A stretch of 64,000 bases of DNA from Paracoccaceae bacterium (GTDB taxonomy: Bacteria; Pseudomonadota; Alphaproteobacteria; Rhodobacterales; Rhodobacteraceae). The stretch's first letter is position 1. The number at the start of each line of letters is the position of its first letter. Location: NCBI GenBank assembly GCA_013373325.1, contig JABXIA010000057.1:5896-69895 (forward strand), in the 5' to 3' direction. A program made the position numbers and the translations under genes. Under the pieces are notes generated by a model. That model did not search any database. It worked only from the letters and a program-made list of their open reading frames with translations, and was not told the DNA's origin. This document shows, piece after piece, positions 9,176 to 18,697 of this stretch.

Positions 9176-9191
9176 GTTAATTCTTTGTTAA
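9176..9191 (-). promoter_or_regulatory. CtrA-binding box
   Basis: Minus strand reads TTAA-CAAAGAA-TTAAC, an exact TTAA-N7-TTAAC match about 60 bp upstream of the kinase ATG. Confidence 0.6.
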
Positions 9192-9731
9192 GCTGATCTG
9201 TTGAGAAACCGGCAACAATAAGGCGCAAAGAGGGAATATTGGCGGAGTGGGATTTTCCGGGCGTTTCAACCGGGCCGGGAAACTTGAGACTCTCAGAGAG
9301 CGAAGAATTTTTTGCGCGTTTTCTCAATGCCTTACTCAGGAAAGCGGCGGTGGAACCGTGGATTGCCTTTGCTGCGGGATTGAAACGCCATTTCAGCGCG
9401 GCGGGGCTGGACAGCTGCGTTTTTCAGCCGGAATCGGGCTTTACGGCCCCTGGAATCGGCCCGCCAATCTGCAATCCGGCCCGCTTGTGAAGTAAAAAAC
9501 CACGCTTTGGTTAACGCTTTCGCAACAATATGCGGCCGGCAGGCAGGCCGCCGCTGCCGCCAAACCCGGCACAGCGGGAGACCGGCAGGCAAGACAACGC
9601 AGACGGGTGCCGGGGCAAAAGTAACATAAACTCTGTTACACGCACCGATTCGTGCGCAGGAGACGCTCCAGTGTCCTGCATGCCTTGTGTGTCCGCCCGC
9701 CGGATATCAGCGGCCAGGAGCCCAAGGCCCC

Positions 9732-10535
9732 CTATTCATTCATCACCAGCGCCGATTGCTGACCTGTCATCCTGCGGACCTCAGACACCGCCTCGGCAAG
9801 GGCTGGTCCGACCTCGTCAAAGATGCGCTGATCCGGCAGCAGTTTTGAGGTCGAGCTTGCCAGAAACGCCACCGGCTCCCCCAGATCGGACGGGCGGTAT
9901 GGCACCGCGGCGGCGTTGATGGTCTCGGAAAACCGGTTTCCGCCCCGCACCTGAGTGTAGCCGTCAGCCAGGATCTCGTCGTGCGCGGCAAGCCGGATTG
10001 CCGCCAGCTCCGCCAGCAATTCTTCCGGCTCACCGCTTTGGCTCTCAAGGAAGCGGGCAAATTCCGCATCGCTGAGCGCCCCCAGATAGGCCTTGCCGCT
10101 GGAGGACGTATGCAGAGGCATCCGGTAGCCCACGTCCAGCCAGATCGCGGATGAGTTCACCGGCCGCCAGGCCTTGGTCATCAGCATCCGCTGGTCATCC
10201 TTGATGCTGATCGCGGTCAAGGTGCCGGTTGCATCTGCCAGCCGCTGCATAACCGGCGAGGCAATCTCGACAAAGGCAAAGGACGCGGCCGCGATGTTCC
10301 CCAGTGCCAGCGCCGCCGGGCCGAGCCGGTATTTATCGTGCCGCCGCCCATGGGTCAGGTATCCAAGCGCGCACAGGGTAAATGTCAGCCGGGACACTGT
10401 CGGGCGCGGAATGCCGGTGCGCTCCGAGATTTCGAGATTGCCCAGGCCGTCATCCGTCGGGCGGAAGGCCCGCAGGATTGTAAGGCCCCGCGCCAGTGTG
10501 TTTGCAAATCTCTTGTCCGATGAATCGGCTGGCAT
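9732..10535 (-). CDS. IclR-family transcriptional regulator
   Basis: N-terminal HTH (TLARGLTILRAF...EISERTGIPRPTVSRLTFTL) and IclR effector domain (GYRMPLHTSSSGKAYL). Confidence 0.92.
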   Translation of the reverse strand: MPADSSDKRFANTLARGLTILRAFRPTDDGLGNLEISERTGIPRPTVSRLTFTLCALGYLTHGRRHDKYRLGPAALALGNIAAASFAFVEIASPVMQRLADATGTLTAISIKDDQRMLMTKAWRPVNSSAIWLDVGYRMPLHTSSSGKAYLGALSDAEFARFLESQSGEPEELLAELAAIRLAAHDEILADGYTQVRGGNRFSETINAAAVPYRPSDLGEPVAFLASSTSKLLPDQRIFDEVGPALAEAVSEVRRMTGQQSALVMNE

Positions 10536-10602
10536 GGTGTTTCCTGTATCTATGCGGGCGTCTGGCCTGCGCGGGGCATCCGCTGTTCGCGCTGTCCCGA
10601 TA

Positions 10603-11943
10603 CTACTGAACCGCATTTGACAGCACCAGAGAGATCGGCGGGAAAGCCACCAGCAGAAGCAGCACAATCACGTCGATGCTGAGGAACCGCCAGATGCCGG
10701 AAAAGACCATGCCGACAGGCGCGTCTTTTCCGACGACATTGGAAAGGACAAAGACGTTCAGCCCCACAGGCGGCGTTATCAGGCCGATCTCCAGCAGTTT
10801 CACCACAACGACCCCGAACCAGATCAGGTTCAGCCCGTAGGATTCCACCAGCGGCACCACCAGCGGCAGGGTCAGAACCATGATTCCGATCGGATCCAGA
10901 AACATGCCCAGCACCAGATAGACCACGCAGATGGCAAACAGCAGCGTCGCGGTCGAGAATTCAGCCTGTGAAACCCAGTCCACCAGCGCCGGGGCCATGC
11001 CCGTCAAGGCGATGGCCGCAACAAATATCTTGGCCCCCGCGGCAACAAAGAAGATCGCAGCGGTCTGCACGCAGGTTTCCCGGACCGCCAGCCAGATGCC
11101 AGCCAGATCAAGCCGCCGCTGCAAGATGCCGATCAGCACAGTCAGCACAACGCTCACCGCCGCGGCCGCCGTGGCGGTGAAATAGCCGCCGTAAATCCCG
11201 ATCACGATCACCGCAAAGATCACGGCAGCGGGCCATGCTCTTTGGAACGCGGCCAGCTTTTCGGCGAAACTGGCCGCCTCTCCGCGGGCCGGGACCGCCG
11301 CCGGGTCCGCCCTGATCCACATCGCAATGACCAGGACAAAACCCGCCAGCGTCAGCAGTCCCGGCAGAATGCCGGCAATGAACAGCTTGTTCACCGAGGT
11401 CTCGGTGAAGATTGCATAGATGATGAACAGGATGCTCGGGGGGATCAGCGAGCCAAGTGTACCCCCGGCGGCGACGCTGGCGGTTGCCAGCCTTGGGTCA
11501 TAGCCAAGGCGCAGCATTTCCGGGGTGCAGATCTTGCCCATGGTCGACGCGCAGGCCAGGCTGGATCCGGTGATGGCGGAAAACCCGCCGCAGCCCATCA
11601 CGGAGGCCACCGCAATCCCGCCGCGCAGGCGCAGCAGCCAGACCTTGGCGGCGTCATAGACCGCTGTGGTGATCCCGGCGCGGTAGGCAATGTTTCCCAG
11701 CGCGATGAACAGCGGGATCATCGACAGATCGAAGGAGTGCAGCAGATCGAACGAATTATTGAAGACCAGCGACGAGGTCGCCCGGAAGGCCCGTTCCGGC
11801 ATGAAGGTGTCCGTGCGGAATGCAAAGATTGTAAAGGCCGCCAGCGTCGCCACGCCGATCAGGGCAAAGGCAATCGGCACACGAATGGCCAGAAGCACGA
11901 GCATGACGGCAAAGGCCACAAGGCCGATCAGGGCAGGATCCAC
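10603..11943 (-). CDS. dctM: TRAP transporter large permease
   Basis: Polytopic membrane protein; GGTLGSLIPPS and EIGLITPPVGLN motifs. Confidence 0.93.
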   Translation of the reverse strand: MDPALIGLVAFAVMLVLLAIRVPIAFALIGVATLAAFTIFAFRTDTFMPERAFRATSSLVFNNSFDLLHSFDLSMIPLFIALGNIAYRAGITTAVYDAAKVWLLRLRGGIAVASVMGCGGFSAITGSSLACASTMGKICTPEMLRLGYDPRLATASVAAGGTLGSLIPPSILFIIYAIFTETSVNKLFIAGILPGLLTLAGFVLVIAMWIRADPAAVPARGEAASFAEKLAAFQRAWPAAVIFAVIVIGIYGGYFTATAAAAVSVVLTVLIGILQRRLDLAGIWLAVRETCVQTAAIFFVAAGAKIFVAAIALTGMAPALVDWVSQAEFSTATLLFAICVVYLVLGMFLDPIGIMVLTLPLVVPLVESYGLNLIWFGVVVVKLLEIGLITPPVGLNVFVLSNVVGKDAPVGMVFSGIWRFLSIDVIVLLLLVAFPPISLVLSNAVQ

Positions 11944-11984
11944 GGACAGTCTCCTCGGCAGGTCTATTGAATGTCAGATCGGTG

Positions 11985-12482
11985 TCAGGTCTTGTGCAGC
12001 GCGATCACACCGCCGCGCAGCAAGGTCAGCGCGTCGCCTGCAGCCATCACCGCAAGCCGCAGCCATCCCAGCGCAATCCCGATGGTAAAGGCCAGCCGGC
12101 CCGGCCACTGCGGCAGGTTCAGATCGCCGTAAAACACGCTGCCGGTCTGCCACTGATGCAGGAATTCCCGGCCGCCGGAATAGAGGATCGGCGTCAGCGC
12201 CAAGAGGCCGAACAGGGTGCCGGACACCGTCAGCCAGCCGGTCACGCGCGGCGGCAGAAGATTGGTCAGAAACTCCACCGCAATATGCGCCCGCTGCGCG
12301 GTTGCGGCGGCCAGGGGCATCACAATCGCCAGGACCATCAGCTCGCGCACGATGACAATCGTGTCCGGCACCGAACTGCTGAACAGGTTCAGCGCCACGA
12401 CATCGGCAAAGATCAGCAGCGCCAGCAGAATGATGGCCGCCGCCGATATATCCACAAAAACCCGCTCCAGCCTGTGCAGCAT
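11985..12482 (-). CDS. dctQ: TRAP transporter small permease
   Basis: Four TM segments, AHIAVEFL motif, located between dctP and dctM. Confidence 0.88.
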   Translation of the reverse strand: MLHRLERVFVDISAAAIILLALLIFADVVALNLFSSSVPDTIVIVRELMVLAIVMPLAAATAQRAHIAVEFLTNLLPPRVTGWLTVSGTLFGLLALTPILYSGGREFLHQWQTGSVFYGDLNLPQWPGRLAFTIGIALGWLRLAVMAAGDALTLLRGGVIALHKT

Positions 12483-12543
12483 CTTGTCCTCCCTTGGATT
12501 TGCCAGGCGGCGCTGCCGCCGCCCGGCCTCTGTTTCGCACAGA

Positions 12544-13614
12544 TCAGTTACTGCGCGTCCAGGGATACCCCTTGGCTTCAAACTCGGCGGTGAATTCAGC
12601 CACCGCCGCGGTATAGGTTGCCATCAGCCGGTCCGCATCCAGACCGACGCTGCGGGCGTTTTCCATCCAGTCCGCAATAAAGGGTTCTGCCGCCGCATTC
12701 AGTGCTGCCTTGTCAGCATCGCTCAGCTCGATGACCTCGATCTTGCGGGTGGTTTCGCCTGCGGTCATCGCCTTCATCGCCTTGCTGTTGGCCCCGGTCA
12801 CGATCTTGGCAAACTGGTCCGCCAGTTCCTCGCCCGCCTGCATCAGCACCTGCTGCTGGCCAGCCTCCAGGCTGTCATAGACCTGCTTGTTCATGAACAT
12901 GCCATAACCGCCGATCTGCCCCCAGTTCAGGACGGTATAGCTGTCGATCACCTCGTCCCATTTCAGGGAGGGCACAATGTAGTCATAGCCCTGGCTGCAA
13001 TCGATCAGCCCGGTGTCCAGCCCCTGATACGCCTCATAGACTGATAGGTTCACACGGGTTGCGCCCATTTCGCCGAACACCTTGCCGTAAACGCCCGCGC
13101 CGCGGACCTTCTTGCCCTTGATGTCCTCAACCGAGCGGATCGGATCTCCGGCGCAGGCGACATTGACGGCCGAGGCCGTGAAGGTGCCGATATAGACCAG
13201 GTTCTGGCTGGCCAGATGCTCGGTGATCTGGGGTTCTGTCCGCATCAGACGGTCGGCTGCCCGCATGGCGACCCAGGCATTCGGCCCGCCGATGGGGAAG
13301 TCCGCCAGCGAATAGGCCGCCATTTCCTTCTGGAAATAGGCTGCAATGATCGAGCCTGCATCCGCCACCCCGTCGCTGATCCCCTGCACCGCAGCGCTTG
13401 CCTTGAACAGCGCGCCGCCCCATTGAACGTCCAGCCGCAGATCGCCGTCCGACAGCTCGCCAATACGGCTGTTGTACCACTTCAGTGCGGCAGGAACCGT
13501 GCCTCTGTCCGGGCCGCTGTGGCCGTAGTAAATCACGGTCTCCGCAGAGACCGCCGTCGCACCAAGGCTGGCCGCAAGGGTCAGCCCTCCCAGAAAATTC
13601 TTGATCATTCCCAT
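12544..13614 (-). CDS. dctP: TRAP transporter substrate-binding protein
   Basis: Signal peptide; PIRSVEDIKGKKVRG and EAYQGLDTGLID motifs. Confidence 0.9.
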   Translation of the reverse strand: MGMIKNFLGGLTLAASLGATAVSAETVIYYGHSGPDRGTVPAALKWYNSRIGELSDGDLRLDVQWGGALFKASAAVQGISDGVADAGSIIAAYFQKEMAAYSLADFPIGGPNAWVAMRAADRLMRTEPQITEHLASQNLVYIGTFTASAVNVACAGDPIRSVEDIKGKKVRGAGVYGKVFGEMGATRVNLSVYEAYQGLDTGLIDCSQGYDYIVPSLKWDEVIDSYTVLNWGQIGGYGMFMNKQVYDSLEAGQQQVLMQAGEELADQFAKIVTGANSKAMKAMTAGETTRKIEVIELSDADKAALNAAAEPFIADWMENARSVGLDADRLMATYTAAVAEFTAEFEAKGYPWTRSN

Positions 13615-13645
13615 GACTGGTATCTCCTCCTCGAAAGCCATCGCA

Positions 13646-13704
13646 AGTTTTACTATGTGGAATTTTAAACTTCTGTCTAGAATTTTATTCCACATATTGG
13701 AATT
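13646..13704. promoter_or_regulatory. Two candidate IclR operator palindromes upstream of dctP
   Basis: ATTCCACATATTGGAATT at 13687-13704 and, on the minus strand, ATTCCACATAGTAAAACT at 13646-13663; a related site lies at 23251-23268. Confidence 0.55.
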
Positions 13705-13788
13705 TTGGAACATCTGCCCGCTTGCGGCCCGCAGCCAGCAGGACCGGCGCCGGTGCTTCGCTGCAGGCGGGGCAGCTGGCGCAACAGA

Positions 13789-15309
13789 TCAGACGCCGTC
13801 CGCCAGTTCGCTGGCAAAGGTCTCGATCAGCTTCGCTTTCAGGATCTTGCCGGTCGGCGCGGCAGGCAGCGCGGCGGCCACGATGATGCGTGCCGGCCGC
13901 TTGTAGGGCGCAAGCCGGTCCTGCAGAAAGGCTTTCAGATCCGCCTCATTCACGCTGCTGCCGGTGGCGGCGCTGACAAAGGCCAGAACCTCCTCGTTCC
14001 CTTCGACGGTGCGCCCTACCACGCTGGCCACCACCACCTCCGGATGCTCGGTCAGCGCCGCCTCGATCTCCACCGGATAAACATTGAAGCCGGAGCGGAT
14101 GATCAGTTCCTTGGTGCGCCCGGCAATATGCAGCCGCCCTTCGCCGTCAAAGCGGCCCAGGTCGCCGGTGCGGAACAACCCGTCCTGCGTCAGCGCGGCA
14201 GCTGTTTGCACCGGATCGCGGAAATAGCCCTTCATGATCTGCGGCCCCCCAACAAGGATCTCGCCGATGCCCGCCTCAGGGGTGGCGCCCGGCGCGTCCA
14301 GATCCAGTTCAAGGGTGCAGCCGCCCATCGGTAGACCGACACTGATGTCAGGGTCGCCTAAGGCGTTGCGGGTTGCGCAGACACCCGCAGTGCCCTCAGT
14401 CAGCCCATAGCCGTTTTGCAGCGGCAGGCCATAGAATGCCTCTGCCTCGCGTTTCCAGGCCGGATCCAGGGGGGCACCGCCCGAGGAGACAAACCGAAGC
14501 TTGCCTGCATCATAGCGCGGCTTGCCGTGGGCGCGGGCATAGTTGAACAGATGCGCATGCATCTGCGGCACCGCGGGCAGCAGGGTCACATCCTCCTGCA
14601 ATGCCTGGTACAGACGCTCAGCCGAGAATTGCGCCTCCATCCGCATCGCCGATTGCGCCAGGGTAACGGACAGCATGGTGACCAGCCCGAAAATATGGCT
14701 GAGCGGCAGCGCCAGATAAGTCACATCCGACGTTTGAATGCCCCGCACCTCGGCTGAGGCCGCCGCCCCTGCAAGAAGATTGGCATGGGTCAGCATCGCG
14801 GCCTTGGGGGTGCCGGTTGTGCCCGAGGTATAAAGCAGAAGGGCGGTTTGTTCGCGCCCGTCCTCCGACACCGGTTCCTGCGTGGCGCCTGCGCGCGGCA
14901 TCAGGGCTGCCGCGCCGAAGACGCCCTGCACGTCCCGGGCGCCATAGTGATCCGCATGGGCCCGGGCCGCCGCGGATGCGGCCGCCGTGAACATGACGGC
15001 ACTGGGATCGGAATGGGCAAAGATCCGGTCCAGTTCCGCCGTGGTGAGCCGCGCATTGATGGCAACCGCGGATGCATCCAGCAGGCTTGCGCCATAGAAG
15101 AATGCGATCACCTCGGCGCAGTTTTCAAACACCAGAACCACCCGGTCGCCGGGCCGCACGCCTGCGGCCTTCAACTGCTCCGCCGCGGCGGACGCCGCTT
15201 GGGACATGCCGCTCCAGGTCAGCCGGCGGCCGTCCTGGTCCATCAGCGCCAAAGCATCGGGGCGGGCCCCGGCAGCAGCCTGCAGCAGCCCGTGTACGCG
15301 GTTATGCAT
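13789..15309 (-). CDS. Acyl-CoA synthetase (AMP-binding, PimA-like)
   Basis: YTSGTTGTPK, GYGLTE, RTGDLG, TGKILK motifs. Confidence 0.92.
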   Translation of the reverse strand: MHNRVHGLLQAAAGARPDALALMDQDGRRLTWSGMSQAASAAAEQLKAAGVRPGDRVVLVFENCAEVIAFFYGASLLDASAVAINARLTTAELDRIFAHSDPSAVMFTAAASAAARAHADHYGARDVQGVFGAAALMPRAGATQEPVSEDGREQTALLLYTSGTTGTPKAAMLTHANLLAGAAASAEVRGIQTSDVTYLALPLSHIFGLVTMLSVTLAQSAMRMEAQFSAERLYQALQEDVTLLPAVPQMHAHLFNYARAHGKPRYDAGKLRFVSSGGAPLDPAWKREAEAFYGLPLQNGYGLTEGTAGVCATRNALGDPDISVGLPMGGCTLELDLDAPGATPEAGIGEILVGGPQIMKGYFRDPVQTAAALTQDGLFRTGDLGRFDGEGRLHIAGRTKELIIRSGFNVYPVEIEAALTEHPEVVVASVVGRTVEGNEEVLAFVSAATGSSVNEADLKAFLQDRLAPYKRPARIIVAAALPAAPTGKILKAKLIETFASELADGV

Positions 15310-15332
15310 GTCTTTCCTCCTCCCTTGCAGGG

Positions 15333-16337
15333 TCACGCCGCCAGACCGAGCCGCCCGAATGCCGCCAGCGCCTCAGCCTCAAGCCGGGCGGTGATTTCGG
15401 CAAAGGGCTCCACCTTGTCGACGAACCCCAGCGCGTGGCCCGCCGACAGCAGCCCGCGGGAGACGTCACCAGTGGCATAGGCCTGGCGCCCGATCTTGCC
15501 GGACACATGCTTCAGCAGCTCCTGAATGCCGATCTCCGGATTGTCGCGCTCCAGCCTGGCCACCGTTTCTGTGGTCTGGTTGCGCAGGCTGCGCACGGTG
15601 TTGCGCACCGAGTGCATGGTCAGCTGCGTGTCCAGCTCGCTCGCATTCACCATCGCCTGCTTGTAATCCGGATGCGCGGTCAGCTCGCTGGCAACCAGGA
15701 ACCGGGTGCCTATCACCACGCCCGCCGCGCCCATGACCAGCGCCGCCATGATCTGCTTGCCGTGCCCGATGCCGCCGCCAATGAGCCAGGGGATGGTCAG
15801 CCGGTCCCCGGCCAGGCCTGCGTTGACCATGCTGCCAACCATGTCCATGCCGGGATGGCCGCCGCATTCGGCGCCGACAATCGACACCATATCAACCCCC
15901 ACCTGCTCCGCCTTCACCGCATAGCGCAGGCTGGGCACCTTATGCAGCACGGTGATCCCCGCATCCTTGAGGATCGGCATGAACGCCTCGGGGCTGCGGC
16001 CGGAAGTTTCGGCAAACTGCACGCCCTCCTCCGCGATCAGGCGGAACACCTCTTCGGTTTTCTCGCCCGGCACCAGCTTGGGGATCATCGAGACATTGAC
16101 CCCGAAGGCCTTGCCCTCGCACATCTCGCGGCAGCGGCGGATCTCGGTGCGCAGATCGTCCAATTCGGGAAAACTGGCGGCGGTGATGAACGAGACAATC
16201 CCCGCCCGCGCCGCAGCCGATACATATTCGGCATTGGCCAGCCATTGCAGGCCGCCCGCCACAACCGGCAACCGGGTGCCATAGGTCCGGGTCACGGCTG
16301 TATCAAAAATCGCCGGAAGCGCAGAAGTGTGCATCAT
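15333..16337 (-). CDS. Nitronate monooxygenase / FabK-like flavoprotein
   Basis: GAECGGHPG, GGGIGHG, GTRFL, AGHALG motifs. Confidence 0.85.
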   Translation of the reverse strand: MMHTSALPAIFDTAVTRTYGTRLPVVAGGLQWLANAEYVSAAARAGIVSFITAASFPELDDLRTEIRRCREMCEGKAFGVNVSMIPKLVPGEKTEEVFRLIAEEGVQFAETSGRSPEAFMPILKDAGITVLHKVPSLRYAVKAEQVGVDMVSIVGAECGGHPGMDMVGSMVNAGLAGDRLTIPWLIGGGIGHGKQIMAALVMGAAGVVIGTRFLVASELTAHPDYKQAMVNASELDTQLTMHSVRNTVRSLRNQTTETVARLERDNPEIGIQELLKHVSGKIGRQAYATGDVSRGLLSAGHALGFVDKVEPFAEITARLEAEALAAFGRLGLAA

Positions 16338-16347
16338 GTCGGTCTCC

Positions 16348-17127
16348 TTACCGGAATACTGGGGAGGTCTTGCTGAGAAAGGCGCCGATGCCCGCCTGGG
16401 CCTCGTCACCGCCAAGGGCCTGCGCCATGGCATCGCGTTCATGGGTCAACTGGTCTTCGAAACTGGCGGTTTCAGCCTGGTTGAGCAGCGCCTTGATGCC
16501 GGCAATTGCCTGTTCGGGGCCGCGGGCCACCGCATCGGCCAGCGCTTCGGCCTGCGCCAGGGTGCGGCCCTTGGGGGCCAGTTCCGTCACCGCCCCCAGC
16601 TGGTGCATCCGTTCCGCGCTGAGCGGTTCCGCCAGCATCGCCATCCGGGCCACGGTCGCCCGCGGCAGCGCCTGCGTCAGCGCGTAGGTGGCGCCGCCAT
16701 CCGGCACCAGGCCCGCCTTGACGTAGGCCAGGGTGAACTTTGCCCCCTCCTCCGCGACGATCATGTCCGCTGCCATCGCCAGGGACAGCCCGGCCCCGGC
16801 CGCACCGCCTTCGACCGCTGCGATCACTGGCTTGGGGCAGTCCCGGACCGCACGGATCAAGGCGTTCAGCTTGCCGATCTGCACCTGCCGTTCCTCGTAT
16901 GGCATCTCCCGGCGTTCCTTCAGCATGTTCAGATTGCCGCCGGAGCAAAAGAACCCGCCCGCGCCCGCCAGGATCACCGCAGCAATCGCAGGATCCCGCG
17001 CCGCCCGCGCCAGACCGTCCTGCAAGCCGTGGTAGTATTCATACGACAGCGCATTGCGCATGCCTGTGTTGCAGTTCCAGATAACCAGGGTCCCGCCGCG
17101 GACCTCATGCCGGTAAAGCGCGCTCAT
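16348..17127 (-). CDS. Enoyl-CoA hydratase/isomerase family protein
   Basis: FCSGGNL, KPVIAAVEGGAAGAG, GLVPDGG motifs. Confidence 0.9.
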   Translation of the reverse strand: MSALYRHEVRGGTLVIWNCNTGMRNALSYEYYHGLQDGLARAARDPAIAAVILAGAGGFFCSGGNLNMLKERREMPYEERQVQIGKLNALIRAVRDCPKPVIAAVEGGAAGAGLSLAMAADMIVAEEGAKFTLAYVKAGLVPDGGATYALTQALPRATVARMAMLAEPLSAERMHQLGAVTELAPKGRTLAQAEALADAVARGPEQAIAGIKALLNQAETASFEDQLTHERDAMAQALGGDEAQAGIGAFLSKTSPVFR

Positions 17128-17549
17128 GCCGCATCCTCTGCTGCTGTTCCCCGCACCCGCTTGAAGACGCCGGTGGAGGCCGCGATCAGCCGCCCCGTCC
17201 CGTCCAGCAGGCCGCAAGAGACAAATTTGGTGGCGCTGCCGCCGCCGGTGATCTGCCCGGACGCCCGCACGCGGCCAGACCGGGCCACCGCCAGGTAATT
17301 GACGTTCAGCGACAGGGTGGCAAAGGGAGTGATGCCCTGCGGATCGCAGGACAGGCTGGCCGTTATGCCGCTGGCGGTGTCCAGCAGCGTCGCCGCAACC
17401 CCGCCATGCAAGCCGCCCTGCCGGTTCAGATGCAAAGACGAAATCTCCAGCACGCAATGCGCCTCAACCGCCTCCGGGTCGAGTTCGATGCTGTACCCCA
17501 TCGCCTCGAACAGCGGGATCAGGGGCCTGCCGGGACGGACCAGCGCCAT
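17124..17549 (-). CDS. PaaI-family (hotdog) thioesterase
   Basis: HLNRQGGLHGGVAATLLD motif. Confidence 0.9.
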   Translation of the reverse strand: MALVRPGRPLIPLFEAMGYSIELDPEAVEAHCVLEISSLHLNRQGGLHGGVAATLLDTASGITASLSCDPQGITPFATLSLNVNYLAVARSGRVRASGQITGGGSATKFVSCGLLDGTGRLIAASTGVFKRVRGTAAEDAA

Positions 17550-17552
17550 ATC

Positions 17553-18683
17553 TTACCCTGCCTTCAGCGCGATGAAGCGCTCCAGATGGTAGTCCGTGTC
17601 GCCGAACAGATGGTCGATCATCGTCAGCCGGCGGGCAAAGTGGGACAGCGCGTATTCATCGGTCATGCCGATGCCGCCATGCATCTGGATGCATTCCTCG
17701 GCCACCAGCGCCCCGGCGCGCCCAATCAGGTTCTTGGCGGCGCTGGCGTGGATCTCGCGCAGCTCCCGCGGCTGGTCCAGATTGCCCGCCAGGTTGATCA
17801 CCGCCGAACGCGCCTGCTCCACCTCGATCAGCATATCCGCCATCCGGTGCTGCAGCGCCTGAAACTTGCCGATCGGCAGGCCGAACTGCTTGCGCTCCTT
17901 CAGATAGCTGATGGTCAGATCCTTGGCGGCCTCCATCGCCCCCAGCGCCTCGGCGCAAAGGGCTGCCAGGCCGCGGGCAACAGCGGCTTCCAGCGCTTCC
18001 AGCCCGCCGCCGGCCGCGCCCAGCCGCGCCGTCTCCGCCAGCCGCACCCCGTCCAGCGCAACCGTTGCTGACGGTATGGCGTCCATATTACGGTGGCCGC
18101 TGACGGTCACGCCCGGCGTGTTCACCGGCACCAGAAACAACGAAATGCCTGCCGCATCCGCCACCGCGCCGGCCTCCCGTGCCGACACCACAAGAGTCTG
18201 CGCCTCGGCGCCGTACAGCACATGGGTCTTGATGCCGTTCAGAACGATGGCATCGCCTTTGGCTGCCGCCGTGGTTTCCACGTGGTTCAGGTCATAACGC
18301 GATCCGGCTTCGCCCTGGGCCAGCGCCGCCAGATGGGTTCCGGCAATGATCTCATCCGCCAGTCCGCGCTGGCGGCCATTACCAATTGCGGCAATCAGCC
18401 CGCCCGCCAGCACTGCCGGCAGCACCGGTTCAATCACCCCGGCGCGGCCCAGCTCTTCGAACACCACCATCAGGTCAAAGCCTTCGCCGCCGAAACCGCC
18501 CTGATCCTCGCGGAACATGGCGCCCAGCACGCCCAGTCCGGCCAGCCCGGCATAGATCCCGGTATCAAAGGGCTCACCCGCCGCAATCAGCGCCCGCCGG
18601 TTCTCATGCGCGTATTTGTCCGCCAGGAACCGCCGCAGCGTATCGCGCAGCATCATCCGTTCTTCGGTCAGATTGAAATCCAT
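17553..18683 (-). CDS. Acyl-CoA dehydrogenase, small subunit (PimD-like)
   Basis: MDFNLTEE, RKQFGLPIGKFQALQHR, QMHGGIGMTDE motifs. Confidence 0.88.
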   Translation of the reverse strand: MDFNLTEERMMLRDTLRRFLADKYAHENRRALIAAGEPFDTGIYAGLAGLGVLGAMFREDQGGFGGEGFDLMVVFEELGRAGVIEPVLPAVLAGGLIAAIGNGRQRGLADEIIAGTHLAALAQGEAGSRYDLNHVETTAAAKGDAIVLNGIKTHVLYGAEAQTLVVSAREAGAVADAAGISLFLVPVNTPGVTVSGHRNMDAIPSATVALDGVRLAETARLGAAGGGLEALEAAVARGLAALCAEALGAMEAAKDLTISYLKERKQFGLPIGKFQALQHRMADMLIEVEQARSAVINLAGNLDQPRELREIHASAAKNLIGRAGALVAEECIQMHGGIGMTDEYALSHFARRLTMIDHLFGDTDYHLERFIALKAG

Positions 18684-18697
18684 GTCGCCTGCCCCCG

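Noticed and set aside
9200..9730. Several short overlapping ORFs in the kinase-IclR intergenic region
   Set aside because: No motifs or coding-like bias; more likely a long regulatory region, though an sRNA cannot be excluded
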